DNA of 64,000 nucleotides, from the NCBI GenBank assembly GCA_003560495.1, contig PWLM01000040.1:8663-72662 (forward strand), in the 5' to 3' direction. The position numbers and the translations under genes were made by a program. The notes beneath the pieces are model-generated. The model was given only the letters and a program-made list of their open reading frames with translations. It was not told where the DNA came from and made no database searches. Within the stretch, counting starts at the first letter, position 1. Each line of letters starts with the position of its first letter. The DNA comes from Bacillus sp. (in: firmicutes) (GTDB lineage Bacteria; Bacillota; Bacilli; Bacillales; Salisediminibacteriaceae). This document shows, piece by piece, positions 1-10,675 of this stretch.

Positions 1-690
1 ATTCCTTTATTTATCATAGGCTGGAGAGTATTGGGCAGGCATGCTTTTATTTACACTCTTATCGGTACAGTAGCAGTCTCTGTCTTTCTATGGCTGTTTC
101 AAGCCTATCCGGTAGTTTATATGCCGCTGCAGGATGACATGACTCTGGCTGCCCTGTTTGCCGGTGTTTTTATCGGTACAGGCCTTGGTATTGTTTTCCG
201 GTTCGGCGGTACTACCGGTGGCGTGGACATTATTGCAAAGCTCGGTTTTAAATACTACGGGTGGAGTATGGGGCGGACGATGTTCATATTTGACGCCTGC
301 GTAATCGCTTCTTCACTGTTTTACTTAAACTACCGGGAAGCTATGTATACGCTGCTCGCCGTTTTTGTAGCGGCAAAAGTTATCGACCTGATGCAGCAGG
401 GAGCCTACTCAGGAAAAGCTGCAATGATTATTTCTGAAAAAGCACCGGAAATAGCAGAAACAATACTTATAGAAATGGATCGCGGGGCTACTCTGCTGCA
501 GGGAAGAGGTTCTTTTACGGGAACCAAGCGGGAAGTTTTGTATTGTGTCGTAGGCAGAAATGAAATGGTGCGGCTTAAAAATTTGATTGCAAAAGTGGAT
601 CCCCATGCTTTTGTGACCCTTCAGGACGTTCAGGACGTAATGGGAGAAGGATTCACGCTCGATGAAAACAAAAAACCACTAGAAATATAA
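1..690 (+). CDS. YitT/UPF0750 family membrane protein (YpjC-like), 5' end outside window
   Basis: Frame open from base 1 (IPLFIIGWRVLGRH...); GGTTGGVDIIA motif; C-terminal DUF2179-like domain (DPHAFV...V.GEGF). Confidence 0.9.
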   Translation: MPLFIIGWRVLGRHAFIYTLIGTVAVSVFLWLFQAYPVVYMPLQDDMTLAALFAGVFIGTGLGIVFRFGGTTGGVDIIAKLGFKYYGWSMGRTMFIFDACVIASSLFYLNYREAMYTLLAVFVAAKVIDLMQQGAYSGKAAMIISEKAPEIAETILIEMDRGATLLQGRGSFTGTKREVLYCVVGRNEMVRLKNLIAKVDPHAFVTLQDVQDVMGEGFTLDENKKPLEI

Positions 691-703
691 CTCGCCTGAT
701 AAA

Positions 704-743
704 GAAAAAGATGGCCCCCGCTGTTTGGGAAGCCATCTTTTTT
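704..743. terminator. Bidirectional intrinsic terminator between convergent genes
   Basis: AAAAAGATGGC...GCCATCTTTTTT inverted repeat. Confidence 0.75.
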
Positions 744-745
744 AA

Positions 746-1435
746 TTAATCATTATTCATCATGAAATACATTAGAATAAATCTGATTAGCTCAATTACT
801 GCCACAAGTGCAGCGGCTACATACGTTAATGCTGCAGCATTCAGCACTTTTTTCGTTTCCCGTTCCTCATCGTTCTGGATAACTCCTGTTGAGACTACCT
901 GATCCATTGCTCTCGACGAAGCATTGAATTCGACAGGAAGCGTGACGAGCTGGAACAGTACGGCAAACGACATAAGCACAATCCCTGCGAGCATCAGCTC
1001 CGACATCGTCAGAAGCATACCACCGATAATAAGAAAAATAGATGCGTTGGAACCAAAACTTGCCACCGGCACGAGGGAACTTCTGAAACGGAGAAAAGCA
1101 TACTCCTCAGCATCCTGCATGGCGTGTCCGACTTCATGGGCTGCTACTGCAGCTCCGGCCACCGAATCACCATAATAGTTGTCCTTTGAAAGACGAACGA
1201 CTTTGCTGCGCGGATCGTAATGGTCGGAAAGCTGCCCTTTAACCGGCTCGATTGACACATCATAAAGGCCGTTTTCGTCGAGAATCTTCCTGGCGACTTC
1301 TGCCCCGGTCATGCCCGAGGAAGCCGGGACTTTTGAGTATTTTTTATAGGTTGCTTTAACTCTTCCGCTCGCCCACATCGGGATGATGAGAAGCACAGCG
1401 AAATAAATTAAAAATGCTGTCATTGATCCGAACAT
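746..1435 (-). CDS. YugP-like membrane zinc metallopeptidase
   Basis: AAHEVGHAMQ (HExxH), LSDHYDP and TLPVEFNASSRA motifs. Confidence 0.9.
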   Translation of the reverse strand: MFGSMTAFLIYFAVLLIIPMWASGRVKATYKKYSKVPASSGMTGAEVARKILDENGLYDVSIEPVKGQLSDHYDPRSKVVRLSKDNYYGDSVAGAAVAAHEVGHAMQDAEEYAFLRFRSSLVPVASFGSNASIFLIIGGMLLTMSELMLAGIVLMSFAVLFQLVTLPVEFNASSRAMDQVVSTGVIQNDEERETKKVLNAAALTYVAAALVAVIELIRFILMYFMMNND

Positions 1436-1496
1436 TACCCTGCCTCCTTATAATAATTTTTGTCTAATATTATTTTATTGTTCTTAACTTCTTCTG

Positions 1497-2105
1497 TCAA
1501 AGAAATTGTTTTCCAGCGTCCGGATATGTTGTTTTCCGTACACTGAGGTACCACACCGACGCAATTGAAAACACACTCAGCCAGAACGTAAAATACCCTA
1601 TTTCTCCAATATAAGGCAGCAGGTCCCTGGAAACCCATGGATGCATGCCGAATAAATAATCGATCATATCGTTATGAATAGTCCACAGTGCGACTACAAC
1701 GAGATGCCAGTTTTTTATACGGTAAAAAGACATATACAGAAAAGCCTGGACCGCCATACCTCCATGGGAAAGAACAAGCATCCAGTGAAGGTAATTAAGC
1801 TCTGTCCCGGCAGCTCCCGCAGCAAGGTTCATCACGACAGCCCACAGGCCGTATTTAATGAGCGTAACTGCTGCAAAAGCTTCCATCAGCGGGAATCTTC
1901 TGCCCGCGATATAAAATCCAAGTACTATCGTAAAAAAAAGGCTCGCTGTAGGACTGTCCGGCACGAAAGGAATAAAATACCATGGTGTCTGCATCAGCTG
2001 CTGATCATACCATATGTATCCATAAATCGTACCGAAAAAATTTATAGTAAATAAAACGATTAAAAACCTGCGGTCTCTGAGTACCGCATACATATACTCA
2101 CGCAT
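1497..2105 (-). CDS. ypjA: YpjA / DUF1405 membrane protein (true start ATG 2105)
   Basis: GTIYGYIWY..QL, FVPDSPTASLFF and KYGLWAV motifs; GGAGG RBS before ATG 2105; position next to qcrC. Confidence 0.88.
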   Translation of the reverse strand: MREYMYAVLRDRRFLIVLFTINFFGTIYGYIWYDQQLMQTPWYFIPFVPDSPTASLFFTIVLGFYIAGRRFPLMEAFAAVTLIKYGLWAVVMNLAAGAAGTELNYLHWMLVLSHGGMAVQAFLYMSFYRIKNWHLVVVALWTIHNDMIDYLFGMHPWVSRDLLPYIGEIGYFTFWLSVFSIASVWYLSVRKTTYPDAGKQFL

Positions 2106-2145
2106 CGCCAACCGCCTCCGGACGGAATAAATTACAGCTCCATAA

Positions 2146-2182
2146 GAAAAAGGAGCGGGTGACACACACATCACCCGGCTCC
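2146..2182 (-). terminator. Terminator-like hairpin after qcrC
   Basis: GGAGCCGGGT..ACCCGCTCC followed by T run on minus strand. Confidence 0.6.
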
Positions 2183-2190
2183 CTGCTGAA

Positions 2191-3075
2191 TTATTCTTCG
2201 TCGTTTTCTTCTGCTTCGTCTTCCTCAGCATTTTCTTCGGCATTTTCACCGTTATTTTCTTCGGCGTTATCTCCGCCGTCATCATTACCGCCGTCGCCAT
2301 TATCTGGATCCTGGCCGTCATTGGCAATGAAAGCTGCCATTGTTTCCAGCTCTTCATCCGATCCTTCAAACTGATCTCCCGGCATTTCTCCGAGACCATT
2401 TTCTATAATATCTATTACTTCATCTGTATCGTAATCACCCTGGAAAACGTTCGGTCCGGCTGCGCCGCCCTGCATATCCCCGCCGTGACATCCAATACAG
2501 GAATCCTGCGTCTGGTAAATTTCGTATCCTTCCGCTGATTCATCAACTTCCACTTCATCTTCTATCGCCCCCTGCTGGGCTGCTGCTTCCCAGTCGTGCT
2601 GGTCAACTGATTCCCATGTAAGGAAAATAATTGATATAACACCGAGAATCATCAGGCCGCTTGCAATCGGGCGCTTGTAGGCGCGGCGTTCTGTTCCCCC
2701 ATCGAGAAATGGAGCCAGAAGCAGCGCACCGAAAGCGACACCTGGAATAACTACGGCTCCCATAACAGTGTAAGGGCCTGCCGCAAATTCGTATTTCAGA
2801 AGCTGGTACAAAAAGAGGAAGTACCAGTCCGGCAGTGGAACGTATCCGGTCTCTGTCGGGTCCGCTATCGTTTCAAGCGGTGCCGGGTGTGCTACGCTCA
2901 GTACTAGAATACCAATCAGGAATACAGCACCGACCATCCACTCCCGGAGCAGGAAGTTCGGCCAGAAGGCTTCTGTTTTTCCTGGATATTCGGAATAGTC
3001 TTTAGGTATGTTTGGCTTGCGTTCTGCCGGAATACGTGAGTCTCCGACAAACTTCATGCCTTTTCCGCGATGCAT
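2191..3075 (-). CDS. qcrC: Menaquinol-cytochrome c reductase cytochrome b/c subunit
   Basis: MHRGKGMKFVGDSRI start, PDWYFLFLYQLLKY, CIGCH heme c motif. Confidence 0.97.
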   Translation of the reverse strand: MHRGKGMKFVGDSRIPAERKPNIPKDYSEYPGKTEAFWPNFLLREWMVGAVFLIGILVLSVAHPAPLETIADPTETGYVPLPDWYFLFLYQLLKYEFAAGPYTVMGAVVIPGVAFGALLLAPFLDGGTERRAYKRPIASGLMILGVISIIFLTWESVDQHDWEAAAQQGAIEDEVEVDESAEGYEIYQTQDSCIGCHGGDMQGGAAGPNVFQGDYDTDEVIDIIENGLGEMPGDQFEGSDEELETMAAFIANDGQDPDNGDGGNDDGGDNAEENNGENAEENAEEDEAEENDEE

Positions 3076-3098
3076 AATGTCCCCTCCTTATCTACTTT

Positions 3099-3770
3099 TT
3101 ACAACGGTCCGGAAATACCCTGCTTACGGATCATGAAGAAGTGTGCTCCAAGAAGTCCGAGCAGTGCACCTGGAAGGAAGAACACATGGATCGCAAAGAA
3201 CCGGGCAAGTGTCTGTGCACCGATAATGTCTCCACCAGCCATAAGAATCCTGGCGAATTCTCCGACAAATGGTGCAGCTTCTGCAATCTCAAGTCCTACT
3301 ACCGTCGCAAAGTATGCTTTCATGTCCCAAGGCAGGAGATATCCTGTAAAGCCAAGAGCTAGAATTACAAAGAAAAGCAGTACACCTACAACCCAGTTGA
3401 GTTCGCGCGGCTTCTGATACGATCCCGTAAAGAAGACACGCAGTGTATGAAGAAACATCATAACTATAACCAGACTGGCACCCCAGTGGTGCATACCGCG
3501 GACGATCATTCCGTGGGTGACTTCATTTTGTAAGTAATAAACTGATTCATATGCATGAATAATATCTGGTACGTAATACATCGTAAGAAACATACCGGAC
3601 AAAATCTGAATGACGACAACGAAAAATGTCATTCCGCCAAAACAATAAACAAATGCTGAAAAATGATGGGCCGGATTGACGTGCTCAGGCACCTCGTGGT
3701 CTGCAATATCGCGCCATAAAGGGGTAATATCGAGACGTTCATCCACCCAGTCGTACACTTTCTGTAACAT
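3099..3770 (-). CDS. qcrB: Menaquinol-cytochrome c reductase cytochrome b subunit
   Basis: b6-like; DIADHEVPEHVNP, CFGG, MHHWGAS, GYLLPWD. Confidence 0.97.
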   Translation of the reverse strand: MLQKVYDWVDERLDITPLWRDIADHEVPEHVNPAHHFSAFVYCFGGMTFFVVVIQILSGMFLTMYYVPDIIHAYESVYYLQNEVTHGMIVRGMHHWGASLVIVMMFLHTLRVFFTGSYQKPRELNWVVGVLLFFVILALGFTGYLLPWDMKAYFATVVGLEIAEAAPFVGEFARILMAGGDIIGAQTLARFFAIHVFFLPGALLGLLGAHFFMIRKQGISGPL

Positions 3771-3786
3771 TTCTGGTCCCCCTTAA

Positions 3787-4290
3787 CTAGTCACGCTGAT
3801 TGATCTGACCTAAATAAATCATGCCGTCCCGCACTTCAACCTCATACACGTCCAACGGCCGTGTAGGCGGTGTACCTGGAATGTTGGTTCCATCACGCTC
3901 GAATCTTCCAAAATGACACGGGCAGAAAAACTCTTCAGGGTTTTCTTCGTTCGTACCCCAGTTTACTGTACAGCCTAGATGGGTACAGATTGGCGAAAGT
4001 GCCATCACTTCGTCACCGTTTCTAAAAACCCATGCGGACTGCGTCTGCTCGGACTGATACCAGCCGTCGTCGAGCTCTACAGTGAAATCCACACGCTGCG
4101 GTTCTTCTGAAAGTTCATCTTCACTGAGTCCAATAGAAACAAAATCGGAGTCCGCTCCTGCTTCCAGTGCTGGATCCAATGCCATTCGAACCATGGGAGC
4201 GAGCATTCCTGCTGCCATGAACCCGCCTACACCTGTTAATGTATAGGTCAGGAACTGACGCCTTGACACTCGGTGTTTTTTCTCGCTCAC
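3787..4290 (-). CDS. qcrA: Rieske iron-sulfur subunit
   Basis: Tat motif SRRQFL; CTHLGC and CPCH Rieske boxes. Confidence 0.97.
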   Translation of the reverse strand: MSEKKHRVSRRQFLTYTLTGVGGFMAAGMLAPMVRMALDPALEAGADSDFVSIGLSEDELSEEPQRVDFTVELDDGWYQSEQTQSAWVFRNGDEVMALSPICTHLGCTVNWGTNEENPEEFFCPCHFGRFERDGTNIPGTPPTRPLDVYEVEVRDGMIYLGQINQRD

Positions 4291-4435
4291 GACCTTCCCT
4301 CCTCACTTCCGTTACTACACACATTTTTAAAAAATATCATACTAAGACATAAACATCATAGCTTATCAAATGCAGTCATGTCAATAAATTAAAGGTAATC
4401 ATTTTATGAGAATAACATTGATTGAAAGCGTTTTT

Positions 4436-4891
4436 CTACGTCCACTGCTGTGTCATCAGCGGTATGATCTGCTGTGCCTGCTGTTCGATTGCCTGATGCC
4501 TTTTCCCTGGTTCCATATCATGCACAGAGAAGGCAGGAATCCACACCAGTTCCCCGGCTTCCTCCAAATTGATTTTTCTCCACTGCATATCCGCAGTTAC
4601 AAACAAAAAGTACTTAAATCCGTGTTTTTCAAAATGAGCAGCCCACGCTGTCAGACGATTTTTTTTTTCTTCTCCACTCTCTTCCTTCAAATATGTAAAT
4701 GGTGGAAGCAGGTAGACCCGTCCCATATACTGTTTTTCCAGGTATTCTGTTAAATATTGGGTGAATTCTCCCATCAAAACGCTTTCCTGCTGTTCTTTAC
4801 CTCCAGCTACCGGTAAAAGTGGTATTACTGCAGTATCCACGTATTCCTTCGCTTTTTCATATACTATTGTATCCTGTCCTGTCCATTTCAC
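4436..4891 (-). CDS. ypiF: YpiF family protein (DUF2487)
   Basis: MKW...AKEYVDTAVIPL, GRV.LLPPFTY; synteny. Confidence 0.85.
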   Translation of the reverse strand: MKWTGQDTIVYEKAKEYVDTAVIPLLPVAGGKEQQESVLMGEFTQYLTEYLEKQYMGRVYLLPPFTYLKEESGEEKKNRLTAWAAHFEKHGFKYFLFVTADMQWRKINLEEAGELVWIPAFSVHDMEPGKRHQAIEQQAQQIIPLMTQQWT

Positions 4892-5000
4892 AGCGCTTAC
4901 CTCCTTTGATATCAGCTCTTTTTACGGTTGGTACTGAAGGGTCTCCACGTTTCTTCTCCGATTTCTTGCTGCAGCGGAGTTTTCTGTTCCGATAATTAAT

Positions 5001-5033
5001 TCAGGGGGAGAGCTTCCGAGTCCTCTCCCCTGA
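5001..5033. terminator. GC-rich hairpin between ypiB and ypiF
   Basis: TCAGGGGGAGAG...CTCTCCCCTGA inverted repeat. Confidence 0.5.
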
Positions 5034-5054
5034 TAAAAATGTAACCAAAAAAAA

Positions 5055-5612
5055 TCAGCCCCGCGGATCGAGGGCTTTCAATTCAGAATATTGTTTCGAA
5101 AGCTCTAAAAAAGTGCTGCGGTCTTTATGAGCAAGTGCTTCATCAATTCTGACTTCCAGATTTTTTATGCGGTGAAGTCTCACCGCTTCATCCAGAACCA
5201 TCTCAGCAAGCAGATCTGTTACTACGTCTTCCTCGCTGCTGTCAGGCAGAAAAGGGTTTTCTTCCAGCACCGCTACATACTGCGGCAGCGTATATTTATT
5301 TTTGAAATTCAGCTGGATATAAATATCCTCACTTCTGTTTAAGCGGATGTCGTGAAACGACTTTTCGGCATCCATTGTTACATGATGGTTTTTATGGAAA
5401 GCAAAAGGAACCTGATCGACATCGTTTGCTGAAATCATCAAAGCTTTTGGACAGTGTTCTGCCTGCTCGACAAAATGAACGCGTTCCATCAGGATATCAT
5501 CGCTCATGAGAAAGTTAAGCAGCCAGGCACATTCACGGCGTTTTAACTGGTATTTTTCAAGAAACCATTTCAAAAAATCACGTTTCTCCATGACAGGAAT
5601 CGGACTATTCAT
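5055..5612 (-). CDS. ypiB: YpiB / ReoY family proteolytic degradation factor (UPF0302)
   Basis: KRDFLKWFL..YQLKRREC.W.LN, DAEKSFHDIRLN, C-terminal IDEAL motif. Confidence 0.92.
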   Translation of the reverse strand: MNSPIPVMEKRDFLKWFLEKYQLKRRECAWLLNFLMSDDILMERVHFVEQAEHCPKALMISANDVDQVPFAFHKNHHVTMDAEKSFHDIRLNRSEDIYIQLNFKNKYTLPQYVAVLEENPFLPDSSEEDVVTDLLAEMVLDEAVRLHRIKNLEVRIDEALAHKDRSTFLELSKQYSELKALDPRG

Positions 5613-5669
5613 TGCGATTTCCTCCCTTGTGCGGTCCGCTTAAACAAATTTGCATCCGCTGTTTATCCT

Positions 5670-5696
5670 ATTCTACTCCCTCGGGAAAATTCCTGC
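5670..5696 (-). promoter_or_regulatory. SigH-type promoter upstream of ypiB
   Basis: GCAGGAATT-N11-GTAGAAT matches the RNAGGAWWW-N11/12-RNNGAAT consensus. Confidence 0.65.
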
Positions 5697-5713
5697 AAAG
5701 AATTACACATTCA

Positions 5714-6982
5714 TCAGGAATTTTTAAGTTCTTCCAGCCGCAGACGGATATCTTCCCTGTCAGGATCCAATTCCAGAAGTTCTTCAAGAAGTGGAACTGC
5801 TTTTTCTTTCTGACGGTTTGTTAAATACACTGCTGCTGCATCTTCAAGAAGCCTTTCATCCCGAGTGAGTGTAGTAAGAGCTGCATCCATTGCCTGGGCG
5901 GCTGCTGAAATTTCGTTTTCTTCAAACAGCGCCTTGGCACGAAAGCGTTCGTACATCGGATCGAATTCATTATAGTCGTCCAGAAAGCGTATCAGTTCAA
6001 TCATTTCCTCGTAATCTTCTGCTTCATCGTAAAAGTACAGCGCCTCCTGAACAGCGGAAACATTGGAAGGGTTCATTGCTATTACTTTTTTCAAAAATTC
6101 CCTGCCTTCGCCGGTTTCTCCCCGTGAAAGCTGAAGCTTTGCCATTTCCAGGTAAAGTTCTTCGTTGTACTCATCCCGGTTGATTCCTTCTTTCAACGTT
6201 TCACCGGCCTCTTCCCACTTTTTAATGTCCATGTACGCTTTGGCAAGACTGCCGTAGGCTGATGTGTAGTCAGGATCCTGTTCGAGAAGTAAGGATAAAG
6301 CATCGACTGCCGTATCGTAGTCCTCCAGCTGAAGAGCTGTAAAACCAAGACCGAACAGGCCGTCGGACGTCTGTTCCTTTTTAAGGCCTTCTTTGTAATG
6401 TTCCATAGCTTCTTCAAACTGTCCTCCTGCACTGTAGGCTTCTGCAAGACGTACGTGCGGATCCACAGGAAGATCGTCCGGCAGTTTCCCGGAACTCAAT
6501 GCTTTTTTGTAATAGCCTGCCGCCTGCTGATAATCTCCGCGGTTCAGGTAGAATTCAGCCAGCCCAAGCTGGAGGACGCTTTCTTCGGGCATAATCTCCA
6601 ATGCCTGAAGCAGTTTCGTTTCAGCCACTTCCTCCAATCCCTGACTTTCATAAAGATCTGCAAGCAGCAGCTGGGCCTGCAGAAAAGCCGGGTCTTCTTT
6701 TTTAATTTCATTCAGCATGTCGAGAGCCTCTTCTTCCTTGCCAAGCTCAATATAGCATTCTGAAGCAAAAGCAAACAGCTCTCCATGGTCCGGATACCTG
6801 AACATGAGCTCTTCTGAAAGTTCTAATGCTTTATCCACCAGACCCAGCTCATAATACAGTTCTGCAATAGTTCTTTTCGTTTCGTCGTCTGCCTCTTTTA
6901 TCATTTTTTCAACTTGTTCAAGCCCTTTTTCATGATACCCGGATTCAATCTGCTTAATAGCTTCCTGGAGCTTTTCGTTCAT
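5714..6982 (-). CDS. ypiA: TPR-repeat protein YpiA
   Basis: Multiple TPR-like helical repeats; LLLADLY..QGL.EVAE.KL; synteny. Confidence 0.9.
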   Translation of the reverse strand: MNEKLQEAIKQIESGYHEKGLEQVEKMIKEADDETKRTIAELYYELGLVDKALELSEELMFRYPDHGELFAFASECYIELGKEEEALDMLNEIKKEDPAFLQAQLLLADLYESQGLEEVAETKLLQALEIMPEESVLQLGLAEFYLNRGDYQQAAGYYKKALSSGKLPDDLPVDPHVRLAEAYSAGGQFEEAMEHYKEGLKKEQTSDGLFGLGFTALQLEDYDTAVDALSLLLEQDPDYTSAYGSLAKAYMDIKKWEEAGETLKEGINRDEYNEELYLEMAKLQLSRGETGEGREFLKKVIAMNPSNVSAVQEALYFYDEAEDYEEMIELIRFLDDYNEFDPMYERFRAKALFEENEISAAAQAMDAALTTLTRDERLLEDAAAVYLTNRQKEKAVPLLEELLELDPDREDIRLRLEELKNS

Positions 6983-7114
6983 AGTACACTACCCCTTTCG
7001 TTATCTTTGCTTCCGTATTAAAAGCCGCCGCACGAATGATAAATTACTTATCATTGCAGTAAACGTCAAAATTATCAATCACAAACTTTAACAGAGCTCC
7101 GGAACAAATTCAAT

Positions 7115-7149
7115 TAAAAAAGGTGCCCTTTTTATAACGGCACCTTTAA
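7115..7149 (-). terminator. Terminator of aro-trp-his supraoperon
   Basis: AAAGGTGCC...GGCACCTTT followed by T run on minus strand. Confidence 0.75.
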
Positions 7150-7156
7150 TACATTT

Positions 7157-8443
7157 CTAATTCATAAGTTTTTCCAGATCTTTGTAAAATCCGGGGTAGG
7201 ATACAGCTATAGCTTCTGTATCTTTCACGAGCACCTTATCCGAAGCGATCAAACCAGCAAGAGACATAGTCATGCCGATGCGGTGATCGTGAAAACTTTC
7301 GACTTTTCCACCTTTCAATGGAGTAGGTCCATGTATGATCATTCCGTCATCTGTCGCTTCACAGTCTGCCCCAAGCTCATTCAGCTGATTTACCACTGTA
7401 TCAATTCTGTTTGTTTCTTTTACTTTTAATTCAGCAGCGTCTTTTATAATTGTCCTGCCTTCCGCCTGTGTAGCGAGCAGAGCAAGAACCGGAATTTCAT
7501 CAATAAGCCGGGGAATCTCTCCACCGCTGATGGTGACTGCCTGCAAGGCACCGGATTTGATTGTGATATCTGCTACCGGTTCTCCACCGAGCATGCGTTC
7601 CGAATGGATGTGCATATCTGCATCCATCCGTTTTAAAACATCTATCGCGCCTGTGCGCGTCGGATTCATGCCCACATTTCTCACGGTAATTTCGCTGCCC
7701 GGGACGAGGGCTCCTGCCGCCAGCATAAATACGGCAGACGATACGTCTCCCGGAACATACACCTCAGAGCCTGTCAGTTGCTGTCCACCGGTTACTGCCG
7801 CGGAAACTTCATCAGTCTCCACATTCACTCCAAACGTTTCAAGCATCCGCTCTGTGTGATCTCTCGACTTATGAGGTTCTGTTACTCGTGTTACTCCCTG
7901 AGCGTACAATCCCGCAAGAAGAATCGCAGACTTTACCTGGGCACTTGCTACAGGTGATACATAGTGAACTCCCTGAAGAGCCCCTCCCCGCATACAGAGA
8001 GGAGTATAATTGGCGTAGTCTCTGCCGTCTATAGAGGCATTCATCATTTTTAAAGGACCGGTCACGCGTCTCATTGGTCTTCTCCCAATAGACTCATCTC
8101 CTGTCATCACAGAAGAAAAAGGCTGACCTGCCAGGATACCTGAAAGCAGGCGGACAGTCGTCCCTGAATTCCCGACATCCAGTATTTCCGAAGGTTCGTT
8201 CAGACCGTGCAGTCCTCTCCCCTCGATGCGGATCACTTCCCCGTCCTCTTCAATTTTCACTCCCAGTTTTCTCATACAGCTGATTGTACTCAGGCAGTCC
8301 TGCCCATTTAAAAAACCTTTAATTACAGAAGGTCCTTCTGCAATCGCTGCAAACAAAACAGCTCTGTGACTGATTGATTTATCACCGGGAATGGTTACCG
8401 ACCCCTGGAGGGGCTTTAAAGCCGCGTCAATTGTCTTATGCAT
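7157..8443 (-). CDS. aroA: EPSP synthase (B. subtilis aroE)
   Basis: [40 protein letters not shown]. Confidence 0.97.
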   Translation of the reverse strand: MHKTIDAALKPLQGSVTIPGDKSISHRAVLFAAIAEGPSVIKGFLNGQDCLSTISCMRKLGVKIEEDGEVIRIEGRGLHGLNEPSEILDVGNSGTTVRLLSGILAGQPFSSVMTGDESIGRRPMRRVTGPLKMMNASIDGRDYANYTPLCMRGGALQGVHYVSPVASAQVKSAILLAGLYAQGVTRVTEPHKSRDHTERMLETFGVNVETDEVSAAVTGGQQLTGSEVYVPGDVSSAVFMLAAGALVPGSEITVRNVGMNPTRTGAIDVLKRMDADMHIHSERMLGGEPVADITIKSGALQAVTISGGEIPRLIDEIPVLALLATQAEGRTIIKDAAELKVKETNRIDTVVNQLNELGADCEATDDGMIIHGPTPLKGGKVESFHDHRIGMTMSLAGLIASDKVLVKDTEAIAVSYPGFYKDLEKLMN

Positions 8444-8459
8444 TTTCCCACTCCTTTAA

Positions 8460-9563
8460 TTACGGAGATTCATATGTTTCATACATATGTTCTTCAAGCA
8501 GATTTTTAGCTGTAGCCAGATCTTCCTCCGACCGGAAGCTCAGGCGGAGTACTCCCATGATTCCTTCCCGCGCTTCAATGATCCGGATATTCGTAATACT
8601 GATTGCGTATTCTGCCAGTATCGCTGTCACATCGGAAATTACACCGGGATGGTCAGGAATATCGACGAACAAATCATAAAAAGGAAGCATAGCTCCTTTT
8701 TTCTTCGATGGAAGACGGTCTCTCGCTGCTTTTGCTTCTTCGAAAAAATTAAAAATTTCTTCGGTATCTGCTTCTTCCACCATTGTTTCGACTTCCTCCA
8801 TCCGGGCTTTCCATTCACCGATCATCTGCAGGAGCGGTCCTCTATTGTGGATAAGAATATCTCTCCACATTGTAGGGGAAGCCGAAGCTATACGGGTAAT
8901 GTCCCGGAAGCCTCCTGCTGCCAGCTGATGTACAAAAGGATCTTTTTCCCCTGCTTTTTCCAGCTGATGCACAAGCGCAGCAGCAATAATATGCGGCAGA
9001 TGACTGATCATTCCAGCGTACCGGTCATGGGTTTCTGCATCTATCTGTATAAACCGGGCTTTCGTCCCCTTCAGGAGGTTTTGCAGCTGAATTAACCGGG
9101 AGGCCGGAGTATCTTTATCCGGAGTCAGAATATAAAAGGCATTTTCAAACAAATGACTTCTTGAAGCTTCGACACCGGTTTTATGAGAGCCCGCCATCGG
9201 GTGCCCGCCGATAAAGGTCACTCCCTTTTCCTGCAGTTCTCTTCCCTTTTTTACAATGGAAACCTTTGTGCTTCCTACATCTGTTACTACCGCACCTTTT
9301 TTAAGTTCCATGCTCTTTAAGCTTTCCAGAACAGATAAAGAACTTTCGACAGGCGCTGACAGAATTATTATGTCTGCATCTTTGACGCCTTCCTCGATGG
9401 AGGAAACAGCGTAATCAATTACCTGCAGGCTGTCGGCGAGACGGGAAGCACGACTGTTAACATCATATCCGCGTATGACGGCACCGGGATAGGTTTCTTT
9501 TACTGCAAGAGCAAGTGAACCCCCAATCAGGCCAAGGCCTATAATAAATATCGTTTTCTTCAC
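8460..9563 (-). CDS. tyrA: Prephenate dehydrogenase with C-terminal ACT domain
   Basis: GLGLIGGS, GGHPMAGS, SHLPH, AAGGFRDITRIAS. Confidence 0.96.
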   Translation of the reverse strand: MKKTIFIIGLGLIGGSLALAVKETYPGAVIRGYDVNSRASRLADSLQVIDYAVSSIEEGVKDADIIILSAPVESSLSVLESLKSMELKKGAVVTDVGSTKVSIVKKGRELQEKGVTFIGGHPMAGSHKTGVEASRSHLFENAFYILTPDKDTPASRLIQLQNLLKGTKARFIQIDAETHDRYAGMISHLPHIIAAALVHQLEKAGEKDPFVHQLAAGGFRDITRIASASPTMWRDILIHNRGPLLQMIGEWKARMEEVETMVEEADTEEIFNFFEEAKAARDRLPSKKKGAMLPFYDLFVDIPDHPGVISDVTAILAEYAISITNIRIIEAREGIMGVLRLSFRSEEDLATAKNLLEEHMYETYESP

Positions 9564-9573
9564 AATGCCCCTC

Positions 9574-10656
9574 CTACTTAAGCCAGTTCAGCAGTTCCGT
9601 CCGGATAGCTTCATTCTGCCGGGGGGTCCCAAGAGTAATCCGGACATAATCAGGAAATCCAAGGGCCTCTCCATTTCGTACGATGAAGCCGGCATGAAGA
9701 AGTTTTTCATATACTTCACCACCGGGCCTGTCCACACTCATCAAAATAAAATTCGCTTCTGAAGGATAATAGGAAAATTTGTTTTCCTCACAGAACGCTT
9801 CAAACTTTTTCATTTCTTCTGCATTTTTATCTGTACAGCTGTTTAAAAATTCTTCGTCTTCCAGAGAGGCGGCAGCGGCAGCCTGGGCAGCACTGTTAGT
9901 GTTGAACGGTTCTCTGCCTGGTTCCACTGCCTGAATTAATTCTTCCCGGCCGATGCCGTATCCAATCCTCAGAGAGGCAAGTCCATATGCTTTCGAAAAA
10001 GTTCTTAAAATAAGCAGATTACTGTATTGTTCCATAAGTGCTTTCGTATCAGGAAAATCCTGTGCCATGACGTATTCATAGTATGCTTCATCACTGACAA
10101 CAAGCACGTCTTCCGGTATTTTCTTCATAAAATCGCTGAACTGCTCATGATTTACATAGGTACCTGAAGGGTTATTCGGGTTGCATACGAATACCATTTT
10201 AGTTCTGCTGTTTACAGCGTCTGCCATATTATCGAGATTGTGCACGCCTGCTTCAAGCGGAACTTCTTTCACTTCCGCACCTTCTATAACCGCGTTATGT
10301 TTGTATTGAGGAAAAGTTGGCACTGCGGTTACTATGTTGTCCCCAGGATTCAAGAGGGCGCGGCAGAGGATAAGAATAACTTCGTCCGAGCCATTGCCAA
10401 ATAAAAGCTGCTTTTCTCCCACCTTCTGCTGCTGAGCTACTTTCTCACGAAGCACTCTTGCGTAACCATCCGGATACACCGAAATATTTTCCAGTACTTT
10501 GTTAACTGCTGCGAGTGCCTGGGGTGAGGCTCCATAAGGATTTTCATTGGAGGCGAGCTTTACGACCCGCTCCAGTCCCAGCTCCTGTTTCACTTCTTCC
10601 ATGGGCTTTCCCGGCTGATACGGGGTAAGTCCGGCCATCGACTGTTTAATCTTCAA
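9574..10656 (-). CDS. hisC: Histidinol-phosphate / aromatic aminotransferase
   Basis: KLASNENP, GNGSDE, NPNNPSG, DEAY, RTFSKAYGLA. Confidence 0.96.
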   Translation of the reverse strand: MKIKQSMAGLTPYQPGKPMEEVKQELGLERVVKLASNENPYGASPQALAAVNKVLENISVYPDGYARVLREKVAQQQKVGEKQLLFGNGSDEVILILCRALLNPGDNIVTAVPTFPQYKHNAVIEGAEVKEVPLEAGVHNLDNMADAVNSRTKMVFVCNPNNPSGTYVNHEQFSDFMKKIPEDVLVVSDEAYYEYVMAQDFPDTKALMEQYSNLLILRTFSKAYGLASLRIGYGIGREELIQAVEPGREPFNTNSAAQAAAAASLEDEEFLNSCTDKNAEEMKKFEAFCEENKFSYYPSEANFILMSVDRPGGEVYEKLLHAGFIVRNGEALGFPDYVRITLGTPRQNEAIRTELLNWLK

Positions 10657-10675
10657 ACTGTCTGCACCCTTTCTG

